In this document: positions 12,276-24,529 of the stretch, in pieces | Position numbering within the stretch: position 1 is the first letter of the stretch | Layout: each line of letters begins with the position of its first letter | Assembly: GCA_002633005.1 (NCBI GenBank) | Contig: NMRA01000751.1 | Location: forward strand, 72,629-136,628 | From: Phoronis australis | Lineage: Eukaryota; Animalia; Phoronida | Direction: 5' to 3' | DNA: 64,000 nucleotides | Made by a program: the position numbers and the translations under genes | The notes under the pieces: generated by a model | Told to the model about the DNA's origin: nothing | Database searches by the model: none | What the model saw: the letters and a program-made list of their open reading frames with translations, nothing else

Positions 12276-13170
12276 GCTTGCTGGCATCTATCCAGCATAA
12301 GGCATCCGCTGTTGTATCTCCAAATCCCGTTTATGGATAGTTATGAAATTTTGTCGATATGTTCCCATCATGGATGGCGCGGCATGGGCGAATTTTTGGA
12401 CACATCTGTCTTTTTACAGTTTTTAGTTTTTACGTTTCCCTCTGTAGTTTCAATGTTCGTGAACGGTTTTTAACGAAATTTGACAATTAAGTATCTATGA
12501 GGGAGATGATGCCACCTCTTCGTTTTCAGATGGATTTGATGTATTTTCTGCCACCTAGTGGCCATTTTTGTTGTTTTCAAGTCCGTTTATTGGCGTCTGC
12601 CTCTATCTCAGACAAACCACTCGGAGGAACTCTACGAAAGTTGTTATAAATGATGTGTTGCTTCTGGGAAGAGCGCTGCTGACAATTCTTTACTTACGGT
12701 TCTGACTGCGTTGACATTCCCTGTAGGCAGTTGTTTTTTACATCCGTGGCTGTATCTCCTAAACCCTTTGCATAATCATTATTAAATTTGGCAAGTGTAG
12801 TTCTGTGATAGACAATGGATGGCGACTTTTTGAGAGATCCAAGTACTGCTGTGTTCCCTTGTGGCAATTTTAGATTTTCCATCATCCTCGGTATCTTTTG
12901 AGTTCCTTGATAGATTTTCATGACATCAGGTGAATAGGTTTCTTTTAAAGATACGACGACACCCATTTGTAGATGGATTTGACATAATGTACGCTACCTA
13001 GTGGCCATTTTAAAAACTTCGGTCTGTTTTTGGCATCCTCCTCTCTATTGGCCAAACTACTCCAAGAATCGTCATGAAAGTTGGTATATTTGTTTCTACA
13101 GGAAAGACCATGGCTGACGATGATTTTTGGATGACTTTGACTACTGTGGCACACCTAGTGGAAGTTTTTG
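12180..13170 (+). mobile_element. HINE/DINE-1-like (Helentron-type non-autonomous) repeat with (TCTG)n microsatellite
   Basis: 5' hairpin tatgagcctacatatgtgggtgca, TCTG array at 12224-12272, recurring CCACCTAGTGGCCATTTT cores. Confidence 0.65.
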
Positions 13171-14650
13171 CTTTTTTGTGTCTGCATCTCTTTTTTTCCT
13201 GAACCCCAACAGGATATTTATTTCTACAAAGTCGAGGACATACTGTTATGCTCCCTAGTTCAATTTTATTTACTTACGTTTTACTCTGTATTGCTGGGAG
13301 TTCTTAAATGTTTAAAATTATGATTATCCCTTGTATCTGTGCTGTATGTGATGCACACAATTTCCTCTAATAGTTGATTTCCAGTTTCCTCTTTTTTGTC
13401 TCCTTTTCATCATTATTTTGACTTTATTCATGCAAAAACGTTTATTTCAGTTAAATTTTACATCACAAAAAATAGTTCTATCACACAAACCTATTTATTT
13501 GTGGAATAATACATCACCTGGAAAAGTTTCCTTTTTTGTTATTGGTCATTCAAAGCCCTGGCTCTTATTACTGTTGGTATTTTATTGTCAGTTTTTGGCA
13601 GAAAAATCATAATCCAAATCATACCACTTTCACCACGCCTAAAAACTGGAAGTGAAGTTTTTTTGAATGAGGCAAAATTGTCTCACAACTTCCTTATTTT
13701 GCACAGTTGCGATAATGTCTTAACTGTTATGTTAGATAAAAAAGTGCTGCAACTGCATAAACTGTAGTATTCTTCAAGTTGCGACAATTTCTGATTTGCA
13801 AAGCACAAGTTGTCCTAAATTTGTGGTTGCAATAATTTGTTGTTTTTGGAGTTGCACAAACTAAGCTTCAAATTCTTCAAGTCACTGAATGTTCAGCTGT
13901 ATAATTTCAGTGACAAGTCGATAATAATTTGCTTCTTATTTGTCAATCTTCAGAGTGTCAATGTCTATTTGTTTTTACATCACATGTAACTTCTATGTCA
14001 TATTTTCAACCCTGCCTGATATTTTTGTCTTTCATCACAATTACCATCTTTACTGTCAAATAGCCCTTGATACCACGGTCTTTAATTTCGTGATGGGCAG
14101 TGGGAAAGTGGTCTTGTCCCTTCGGTCACCTCAAGTTTCCCCATTCTCCTGGTCATGAATTGTTTTCATGGTAGGCGGTATAATCCATCCCTCAAAATTT
14201 GGAAGAGCTGTATGTCACCCAATTGCATTTTGACTCAATTTCTGCATTGAAGATCCGTACAGACTAGCATATTGAGGGTCACAACAGTATGTTCAGCCCC
14301 ACAAACCACAACAGCAGCAAAAAAGTATGACAGTTTGTGTTGGAGGTCTCCATATACTCGCGATATGAGGACTGTATCATTTTGTGCAATTGCGACAGTT
14401 TGTGGTCTAACACTACTCTCTTTTCACACTACTCTTGAAAGTAGCTTTGTGAGGATATCTTTTGGTTTGTCCTTATCTTTTAGCAAATCATTTAAAAAGT
14501 TACTAGTAAAAATTAATTTTTCCTAATGTAAATACTTCTGCTTTTGTTTCATGACTACTATGGCTGGATAAAAAACATGATAAGGGTGAAAGTCACTGTG
14601 TAGAAGATAACGTTTCTTATTGCAGATTTTAATCTGAAGCTCTATTTCAG

Positions 14651-14739
14651 GCTCGCAAAACATTTTTCACTCTGGCCTTCTGTGATAGTTGTCGACGTCT
14701 GCTCTTCAGTGGCTTCAGGTGTCAGACGTGTGGCTACAA
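14651..14739 (+). CDS. BRAF: Raf exon, C1/CRD first part ([30 protein letters not shown])
   Basis: tttcag| and |gtaagt, 89 nt, phase 0-2; near-identical to the RAF CRD. Confidence 0.95.
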
Positions 14740-15127
14740 GTAAGTACAATGAAGAAAGTCGATGCCAACTAGTTTCATTGCTCAAACAAAGTTTTCTAGT
14801 AAAATAGCATTCAGAAAATGAATCAGTATTCGGTTTTTAAGGACAACAAAATGAGCCGCAACCTAATTTTATCTACTATATAATCATTATAGATTTATAG
14901 AATACAAAACCATTGCCTAAAAACTGCTTAACTTGACATTCTGGACATTCCGTTTCCTGTATAACTATCAAGTCTTGCACAAATCTCTTTTGCTGCAACT
15001 GTTTACCTTCAAATGCGGCTGTTTGAAGCTCTTGCGGTCACACTACCATACCTATACTTTATTTTTGGATTTGTGACACTTTCCCTGCTTTGGTAGTTGC
15101 GTTAGTATAATCTGTTTGGTTGCACAG

Positions 15128-15217
15128 GTTCCACCAAAGATGTGCTAACCAAGTGCCAGCCCTCTGTCAGCCGAGTGGTGAAGATATCAGTGATATTATG
15201 AGGGAAAAAGTCAAACA
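15128..15217 (+). CDS. BRAF: Raf exon, C1/CRD second part (FHQRCANQVPALCQPSGEDISDIMREKVK)
   Basis: tgcacag| and |gtaagt, 90 nt, phase 2-2. Confidence 0.93.
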
Positions 15218-15277
15218 GTAAGTCTGACCATTATGTTTAAGGTCAACTGTTTTGTTGTGGTCACAAAATTTGCCTTT

Positions 15278-16410
15278 TTGTGCGCCCACATGTACATGTG
15301 GTCGCATATTGTTGTCAATCTGTACGAGCATCCGTGCGTCCGGTCGGTATCTCAAAAACGCCTGGTGGGATTTTGATGAAATTTGGCTCAAGGGTGTGGG
15401 TCAACACTTGAACGATTCAATCTGCCCTCCCTCTGGGAACAGGTGCCAAAGCCTTTTCTGCATTTTCATTTCGGGATGATATCTAGGGAACGGATTGAGG
15501 GATTTCAACAAAATTTGACGCAAAGATGTGTGATGTCAATGCGCTGGCTTGATTAAATTTTCGAGCAGATTCGATTAACGTAGCGTATTTTCTGTAGATA
15601 ACCCCATGGGCATGTATTCGGAAAATGAAAAATTTCAAGTGTTTAGTAACACTAAATAAAGCCCGGATGTTTATTCGGAAAAGGGGGGCGTGTAAGCGGA
15701 AAGTGACAGTTTTAATGACTTTGACATTTTTTTACTTAAAACTGTGTTTTTAAATTTTTTGTTAATAAATGAATAGTTCGCCAACGCCTTGTTCGTTTTT
15801 TATAAATGATAAATGCTCCATAAAATTGAATTTGTGACAAAAAGTTGACGCTTAGTGGGGTTTTTAAGAGGAAAATTTTCTGAATAAACGCCCCACTATC
15901 AGAACATTTGACACTAGAAGTTGTAACACCAACTAAACGCCCATGGGCGTTTATTTGGCCTAATTTTCCAAATAAACGCATATGGGCGTTTCACCTGGTT
16001 GGCCTATCTATACGAAAAATCCCAGTAGTGGCCATTTTGTTCTCGACAAGGGATTTTGAAGTGTTGTTTGGGGGAAGAGTGTTGCTGGATGATATCTAGA
16101 GAATCAATTGATGGATTTCAATGAAACTTTACATACGATGACCATGTGCCTACACCACTGTGCTCTTGAGGAGGCGCTTTTTCAAGTGTTGTGTTGTATT
16201 TATGCAAAGAGTGTTTCCGGATTATATCTAGAGACCTTAGTGACAGATTTAAATGAAACTTGACTCACCGGTATATGGTGACAATGCGCCGGCACCATTG
16301 GATTTTTGTGCTGATTCGAATACTGCAGCACTTCCTAGTGGCTCTTAGAAACATATCGTATGCGTTGCACTGTGGGTGCATGTCAACCCCCCAGCATTGC
16401 TCTCGTTGTA
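15278..16410 (+). mobile_element. HINE-like repeat with a nested MITE-like insertion (~15585-16020)
   Basis: 5' tgcgcccacatgtacatgtggtcgca hairpin; 3' end gtgggtgcatgtcaac...gcattgctctcgtt. Confidence 0.55.
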
Positions 16411-18907
16411 AATGTCCAAACTTAAGTTGTAATTTAAAATCTATGTTAAATTATTGATGAAAGTGAGGCGCTGTTCAGTGAACTGCGTTCTGTTATAGTA
16501 GAGGGTGACTGAAAAATTGTAAATGATTTATCAAATGGTTATGGAGGACTAGGCTATGCTGTTGTTTTAAAGTCTGTTCACTTTGGAAATTGTCTGAATT
16601 GAAGAAGTGTTTCTGATAAATGACTCGTTCGTGTTTGTCTTTGTGCTTGACATTTTAGAGAAACTCAATGCTCGAAGATAAACGTTTTATTGAGTTGCTC
16701 TACTGAAAGCTACAACAAACTTGGTCTATTTAAATGTTTGTGTAACTGCCATTAAAAATCTGACTTGAAGTCAAAAGCTGCTCATTTTGGTTGCAGTGGA
16801 TATGATCGACTCTTTCTAAAATGTTTTGGGAGGATCCAAACACTGCTGTGCCTACTAGTGACAGTTTTGTTTTTATGTTTGTATATTTGAAGGTCCTAGA
16901 TGAATTTCCATGAAAGTAACCTAATGGGTTAAACTTTCTATTTGGGAGACCATGATATCTTTTCATTTTTGATTGGGCTTGACATATTCAACACCACCTA
17001 GAGGCCTTTTTGATACTTTCGTGGTGCAGTCGTGGACGTATTGCAATACTTGGCATTGCTCTTGTTTGTGACGTTCTGGGGGGTGTATATCAATGTTAGT
17101 GAGACCCAAGTAAAAAAATCGCCAGTTGCTGGAAGGCCATTTTTGATTTAAACTAAAGCACAAGTTATGCTTGCCCCAGAGATGCTAATAACCTCTGCAA
17201 TTTTCAAGAGTCTAGCTTCACTTGATTTTCAGATGTGCCAGTTCAAATAGTGCTTTGAAGCCAGTTTTCATTATCCTTATGACCTGGCAGCGAGTCCAGC
17301 AACTGAATCGATGGCAGGTGGCGCTGTTCAGTGAAATAAGATAACATTTTTGATTGGTCTTGTGCCGTGAAGAAATTCAATTTTAGGCTATGAAAACTGA
17401 CTTGACTTATTGAAACCTGTCTAGAGTTTGTTTGCTCAAGCGTTGTTGTTGGGATTTTGATCACGGTCAAAATAGTGAAGTTTTATTCAATATTCTATTG
17501 TTATTTCTTCGAATTTTTGATGAACTGCTACGATGTTATTTTTTAGGCATTTATGATTATTTCCACGTTAGTTTTGACAGTATGTTTGCTGTACTTTTCT
17601 CAAAGAAAGAGTTTAATCGGAGAGAGGTTGATCAGCTGATTTCCAATATGGTGGAGTTTTCCCCCTGATTTGTGTGTTAGCCCGCGGCTTGTACGCTGTT
17701 TTCAATAGCCGTTTAGGCTACAAACATGATACGCAGAATAGTAACAGTGGCTATTGTTTATTGTAAAAATAAATTTAAAACGTCTCAACGAATTTCATTT
17801 ATAGACAATGATGACTTTCCGTAGGAGAATGCCTGGGATTTCCCCAACTATTGGGGGTGAGAGTGCACGTTATCTGTTGAAATTTACCAGTAATCCCAAA
17901 AACCAGTTACTTCTTCATTCAAAGTGAAAGTAACTGGTTCTGGTGCCTACCAGTTAACTTAAGATGGCTAAAATACACAGTTACTGTATGGGGGGGTACT
18001 TCCACGGTACTGGTGGGTGTACATGTGCTGCTAAAATATATATGTTTTAATCCAGATAAATAATAGCTTAGCAACTTTTAATCCAGATAAATAATAGCTA
18101 AGTCAATTCAAAGAGTGCTTATGTCTTTTATCCTTTTCTGAACTAAGTGTTTAGATACTTAGAAAAGTATCGAGTCCTCTGTCTCCTGTGTATTTTCAAT
18201 TAGTGGCTCTTGAAAATGACCGCACACAGTTCATTTTGAAAAAAAATGTTTTTTAGCATTTTTGACTAAAAATTGTAATACTTAAGAGAGTTCAAAATGA
18301 CATTTGTATGAAATTTCTTTTGTTAAAACAAGTGTTTGTGTATAGTTTGGTAAAATTTGATGGTTTTCCATTTTTGAGTTATTGACAATTAAAAATGGCC
18401 ACGGAACTAATGTGCAAATAATTGGTGATTTAGTGTCAGTTAAATGGCAAACTCTGTAAATTTGTAATAGAATACAGAAGTAGAACTTGTAAGTCAGATG
18501 TGAAAAGTTGTGGCAATTTCAGTAGCAGAAAAAGTCATTTCTATGAATGGTAGGATGTTAAAGCGTACAGGTTTGCACTGCGGAGTCCACCTTGATAAAC
18601 CTGTGCTTAATTAAAGTTGTAATTGAAGAATTGTTTTAAGATTCAGTGCCAATATTGATGCTTACTGTATTTTGCAGGGTTCCCAGCCCTTGGAAAATTG
18701 AGTAAACACTGCAAGAATTGTAATGGCCAGCTTTACTTTGTTGTGCAGCTTGAGTAAACACACTGTGAATCTACAAGACAGTTATCGTCCAATTAAAGTG
18801 TGCATCCTTAAATGTGTTGCAAGTTTTTTGTCACTATTTCAATGAAAAAATTGGGAACCCTGCGCAACGTGTGTGTCTGTCACATAATGTTTCTTTCCCA
18901 CGACCAG

Positions 18908-19103
18908 TATACTAGCCGGCGAGGAGAGCGACTCGGAGTACCCACATAATGACAGTGCGTACGTCTCACCCACAATGCGTCATCGCCAGTCAATTGTGAC
19001 TGCGACGACCCCACCTCCGACCCTAGCTTCAAGGGAGCGGTCCACGTCAGCACCCAACGTCTGCCTAAACAGCGTCAACCCAAATGATCCGCAGAGTGTA
19101 GAG
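18908..19103 (+). CDS. BRAF: Raf CR2 exon, variant A (ILAGEESDSEYP...RERSTSAPNVCLNSVNPNDPQSVE)
   Basis: ttctttcccacgaccag| and |gtatga, 196 nt, phase 2-0; RSxSxP 14-3-3 site equivalent to BRAF S365 / RAF1 S259. Confidence 0.92.
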
Positions 19104-19566
19104 GTATGAGGCTGTCACGTGACACGCTATGTGGTGCGGTCTGCCAGCATAGAATGGCCTCATTCATGCATGTACCTCCTGTTTGAGTTGCGATGATGAA
19201 GTAGCTCAGATAGGGAAGACATCAATTAGTTTGTCTACCATTGGTTCATTGCCAACTGTGCCCATGTGCATTATTCATCGTCGTGCACCTGGGTTTGCAA
19301 GTATTCAATTTCTACCAGTTTAAATAGCATAAGTAGCATACGTGCATGCATGGATAGACCATTCTGTGGTACATCTGCACTGTTCACTGCTCACTGTGAA
19401 CAGTTCAGTTATTGTTCCACGGTTTCCGCTTCCACTCGTTACCATTCTGTTTGCAGCTGCGCTCGCTCAACACACGCGTTTTCGCGTGTGGGCGTGCTCT
19501 GTGACTTCTGTGTGACCCGCATGCTTGTTTAGCCACTTTTGCTCAGTCTCATTCTCTGCCCCACAG

Positions 19567-19705
19567 ATGCCTAGCCACGACGCAGGCGCGGCCTGTGCCC
19601 AAACCGCGGGCGCCGCCCCGTCCGCTCCGGTCGTCTGAGAGGTCCAACTCAGCCCCCAATGTCACTCACTTCCTCGTTCAGCAGGGCGACGCTATCAATA
19701 TAGAG
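19567..19705 (+). CDS. BRAF: Raf CR2 exon, variant B, mutually exclusive with A (CLATTQARPVPKPRAPPRPLRSSERSNSAPNVTHFLVQQGDAINIE)
   Basis: ttctctgccccacag| and |gtagtt, 139 nt, phase 2-0 identical to variant A; carries a second ERSxSAPNV motif; open only in the alternative (not tandem) frame. Confidence 0.85.
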
Positions 19706-22700
19706 GTAGTTGGAGAAGGTCATCGTGTGCGTGTGTTTGTCTGTTTGGCATGCCGTGTCACTTTTTTGCACTGGACACGTGAATTGGGTTCTCGGCATCT
19801 TTCTATAACTTGACAGACAAGTAGCTCTTGAAGCACACCCTGTATTGCAACATTTTGCTTCTCTGCCTGCATTTTTTTGGAAATTACAACAAACTCATGA
19901 AAAGTTTTGTATTTCATCTCCATGCACGTCCTGGAAAGTAATATTTTCAGAATATCACTTTGTTGCATGATGAGCATCAAAGAGAAGATGCACTTAATAA
20001 AATGTTTTGAGGCATTTTTATCGGAAGTTGTTACAGTTGTCCTGGATTTTTACTTGGATAAATGAAAGTTTGCCAAGTATGTCACTCTGTCATATTATAA
20101 AAAAATTATCAGCGTTTTTTTGTAACTGATCAAATTTCTTCTCTGATTGACATGAAATTTACACACAACATGCGTTTGGTCGAAATCGAGCTCAAGATGG
20201 CGCTGTGACGGCATCTTATGGAATTTTCATTTTGGGAGGATTCGTCAGAAATTTTGTGTATAGATAGATGTTGTTACGCGTGACAAGAGGAGGTGTGTAT
20301 CCTATTATGTTATGGCTTATTATTACCGATTTTATTTGAGATCTTTTGATGACTGAAATTTGGTTTAATCTCGTCAGGAGCTACTAAAAGTGTAAGTCAT
20401 CAGTGTCCTGCCTTCTGATTGGTTGATTTGTTACGCCATACCTGTGGCATATTTTGATGTTGTTGGAACGTTGCTCAGGCTTGCAGTAGCCATCTAAAGA
20501 TTCAAGAACAACCTGGTTTGTGGATCTTTCCTGTCATTCGCTCTTCACTTTTTGCTCGATTGACATGAAATTTGCATACAACATATAACTTTTCAGTGAT
20601 CGACAAAAGATGATGCTATGGCAGCAATTTTTTAAATTTTTTGATTTTTGTGGAGTCGTAGGTATGGTTTGAGGGGTTTTCCAAAATTTGGTCATGTGTA
20701 GAGCTCATCAAGCGCTACAAGATATTCTGGATTTACTTGAGATTTTCTGACGACTGATCTTTCCTTGTTCTCTTGTCATATTGTCCTCTTACAGTTTCTT
20801 TATCGTGTTTGACGACAGTGTTGGCGATAATGGCAATTTTGTTGATGATGGCAATGATAGTGGTGTTGCCATTGGTTTTAACAGCGCCATGATCCTTAGC
20901 CTCTTCTGTGTCACGTGCGTTGGGTGGTGTGATTGTCGTCAGTGGCGCCGTTCTTGTTGGCTTCGTCTGTTTTGATTCTGGTTTTATTGTAGGCGACATC
21001 AATATTTGCGGCTTCGTAATCTTTGTTGTCGGAGTCCGCGTTTTTTTCTGTGTTGTTGTCGGTGTTGCTTTCGGCATTGTTGACTGTGTTGTCGGCGATG
21101 CCATGGTTTTCAGTATCGTCCTCTACATCGTTGTTGGTGTTGTGGACTTGTCATCTGAGCTTTTGACGAGACACATGCTGTGTGTAAATTTGATCAGACA
21201 ATTAATGTGACTTATAGAATGCTGATAGTAAACAAAGTAACGTTCTTGACATTAGTGCGTTTTACATTAAGTCCAAATCTTTTGAAATGCCTATTATATT
21301 TTGATAATACATTGTGAATAAATTGAAAAGCTTAAGTTGTGCACTTTTATTTGCCTCGGCCTAGTATTTCCGTCTTTAGAAGAGCGTAGCTGATAAAAAT
21401 TATAGTTTCCACAATTATACTACTTCCTGAGTGTGGATAGACTAGACAACAAACTTGGCTTGGGTAGTTTTACTTCTGATTCTTTAACCGTGTGCATTGA
21501 GTGAGTGCCTTAGCCATTGATGCTAATGACTTCCAACTTTCATCACTAATGTTCGGATTTGTCTTCTCACTTCTCTGTTTGTGAACCGGACGTTTTCTGT
21601 TATGCTGCATTGCGGAAAATATGACGAATTGCATCATGGGATTGGCTGAATGTTACGTATTCGCTTTTAACGTTTGCCTTACAGATCAACTCTTTGATAT
21701 CTACTACCAACCCTGCAGTGCGCAATTAATAACACCACTTCTGGTCCATTAAAGCTACTGCGCTGATGTAGGATGTCTTTGCATATATTTCTCGCATGTG
21801 TCATTGCCGGTCAACAAACTCCCTAGATCTAACTTGTCGCCAACATAACCACTATACATCTGTTCTTGGAGGCGTAGTTTACTGCACGCTAGGATACAGT
21901 CGCACTGCTGTTGGAGCTGGGTGACTTGACCTGCTGGTGACCTTGACATCCCATAATTCCTAATTACTTACAACCTTGCCTTTCCCATATTTCTCTCGTT
22001 TTTCTGTTCTGTGTCCTGCTTCCTTTCAGTTTCAGTGTTTTCTGAATCATTTAGTGAAGACATTTTTCCTGTTTCAGTAAATGCATAGACACTGTTTAAT
22101 AACCCATTGATTATTAGTTGAAGACACTGTAAATAGCTACCATTTCATCTTACTCTAAATTTTCTCTTTCACCATTGTCCCTGTTAACCACAATGTCTCA
22201 ACCCATGATCTGTAACTGGATGGTTATTTGCACTTGTTTTTCCAATCTGGTGTCTGCTTATTACACTGCACCATACCCATGAGTTCAGAACGTAACCGTT
22301 TCATTTTGATATTTTTAATAACCGCCTTTTCAAATACCTAATATGTGAAATCAAATATCTTTACCAGTCTCTTCTATCAAAGTGTTAGCTTGAGTAAAGT
22401 GGTGTAATTGATTATATTTCGTTAGCGTTTCGATGAAACTTTTGTTATTTTGTGCCCAGTGTTGTCAGTCAGGTGAGTAGTTGCTATGGTAACTATGATA
22501 ACTGCCATAGACACAAAGTTCTACCTAATGCCATTGGGAACAAGATTGTCATGAGAAACTTTGATTACCAAAAGCTGTCTAAGCTCTCTTAACCACTTTG
22601 TTATGGTTTAAGCTGGTGTTCAGTGTAATTATGCTTCCACACAATTTTTTTGTGGGGAATATTGGCATCTTGCCATATGTGCTTTCTATCCGTCATTGCC

Positions 22701-22959
22701 GTTGATTTTGTTTGTTCGGAATTTACTTCTTAACAATGATGGATCCGGTATGTTGATTACTGTCAAAATGGATTGACAGATTTTGATTAAACATGTCTGA
22801 AGTCTGTGGGGCCGATTTGCCACCACCTGACCGGAGGTCATCAGCTCAAATTGATTTTCAGACAGTTTTAAGTACCTTATTACATATTTCTATCTTGTTG
22901 AAATTTCATAAACCACTCATTAGACTTATAGTGAGTGCATCAAATGATTATATATATGT

Positions 22960-24020
22960 ATTCATATGTGGGCGCATTATGTCGTTGTCCTCGTCCATCC
23001 GGCGTCTGTCGCTCTATCTTCAAATCCCTTTGATGTATGTTCATGAAATTTGCATCTGTGTTCCTTTCATAGATGGGACAGCAGGAGCAAACTTTCGGAT
23101 GCATTTGACTACCAGTGTGTCCCCTAGTGGCAATTTTTAAAATTAAATTTTTTAGGCTTACCTCTCTATCTTCAAAGGTCCTCAATGCATTTTCATAAAG
23201 TTTGGCAGATAGGCATCTGTTAGTGAGATGATGCTATCCTCTCGTTTTCGGATAGATTCGAAGCATTTTTTGCCACCTAGTGCCCATTTCTACTGTTTTC
23301 AGGTCCACACCTCTATTGACCAAACCACTCTAAGGATGATTGTGAAAATTGGCATTTATGTTTGTCCCTGCTGTGAAGAGGACAGCTGACGATGATTTTA
23401 TGATAACTTTGACTAAAGTGGCGCCTCTTAGTGGTAGTTTTTTGCGCCCATTGCTATATTTCCTAGACTCCGAAAATCTTTATTAAATTTACCAAGTGTA
23501 TTGGTATGAAGTTGACAACGGACAACTATGACTTTCAGACGGATCCAATGTACACTGTGTCCCCCTATTGGCACTTTTATATTTTTCATTTTCCTCTGTT
23601 TTTCTGACGTTCCTTGATGGATTTTTATGAAATTTGGTGAATAGCTTTCTAGTAAAGAAATGATGACGTCTGCCAGTTTTCGGATGGATTTAACGTATTT
23701 TGTGCCATCTAGTGGCCATTTTTGTTCTCTTCTAGTCCATTTTTGAGGTCTGACCCTCTATCAGCCAAACCACTCTAAGAATGATTTTGAAAATTGGCAC
23801 TTAATCTCCGACAATTAAAAAGGATGGCTGATGATGATTTTGGGATGACTCGTACATACTGTGGTGCCTCATAGTGGTATTTTTTGTGTCTCCAAGTATA
23901 TTTATATGAAGTTGACAACCGACAACAATGACATTTGGATGGATCCGGATACCACTGTGCCCCCTAGTGGCAAATTTTTCGTTACCCTCTGTATCTTTGA
24001 AACTTCTTAACAGATTTTTG
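22960..24020 (+). mobile_element. HINE-like repeat, same family
   Basis: atgtgggcgcattatgtcg...ccgg head and repeated CCCCTAGTGGCAA / CCACCTAGTGGCCA cores. Confidence 0.65.
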
Positions 24021-24462
24021 TGAACGTTAATATACAGTATTTTGTATAATTATTCTGAATAAGCCGTTTACCTCAAGACAAATGCAATTATTCAACCTCC
24101 TTCGCGATGACTGAATGACGTTGCACCTAAATTTAGAATCGGTGATACCTGAGAACTGCTCACTGAGGGCACTTGCTGGGGGAAATGATCACTTCATCGT
24201 TCTAGAACTAACTGGAACAAACTAGTTCTTTTCGGCAAAGTATTCCTTTAAAATCTTAGACCTTTATGGGTTGCTTACATGCTATAAGTCTAAATTTTGT
24301 AGCTTGCCTTTTGTGATATAAGTTGTGTGGGGGCATATTTATCATTGGCAATAATACAGAAAGATGTATTTTTGTATTTATGCATGAGAGAACTAAATTT
24401 TGGTTCGACCAAATTATTAGTTTTAATTGTGTATTTTATTTACTGAATGCCTTCCATTTAAG

Positions 24463-24529
24463 GACATGATTGCAAGATTTGCGGAACCCAGGGGATCGGC
24501 CACACTGCCTGTAGGGTTGAACTCAGCAG
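24463..24529 (+). CDS. BRAF: Raf hinge exon (DMIARFAEPRGSATLPVGLNSA)
   Basis: ttccatttaag| and |gtaacc, 67 nt, phase 0-1; required to bridge phases; position matches the short BRAF DLIRDQ exon. Confidence 0.8.

Noticed and set aside
20733-21210. Thr/Lys-rich and Val-rich overlapping ORFs
   Set aside because: Products of a degenerate (GTT/GTC)n low-complexity tract, with no splice support.
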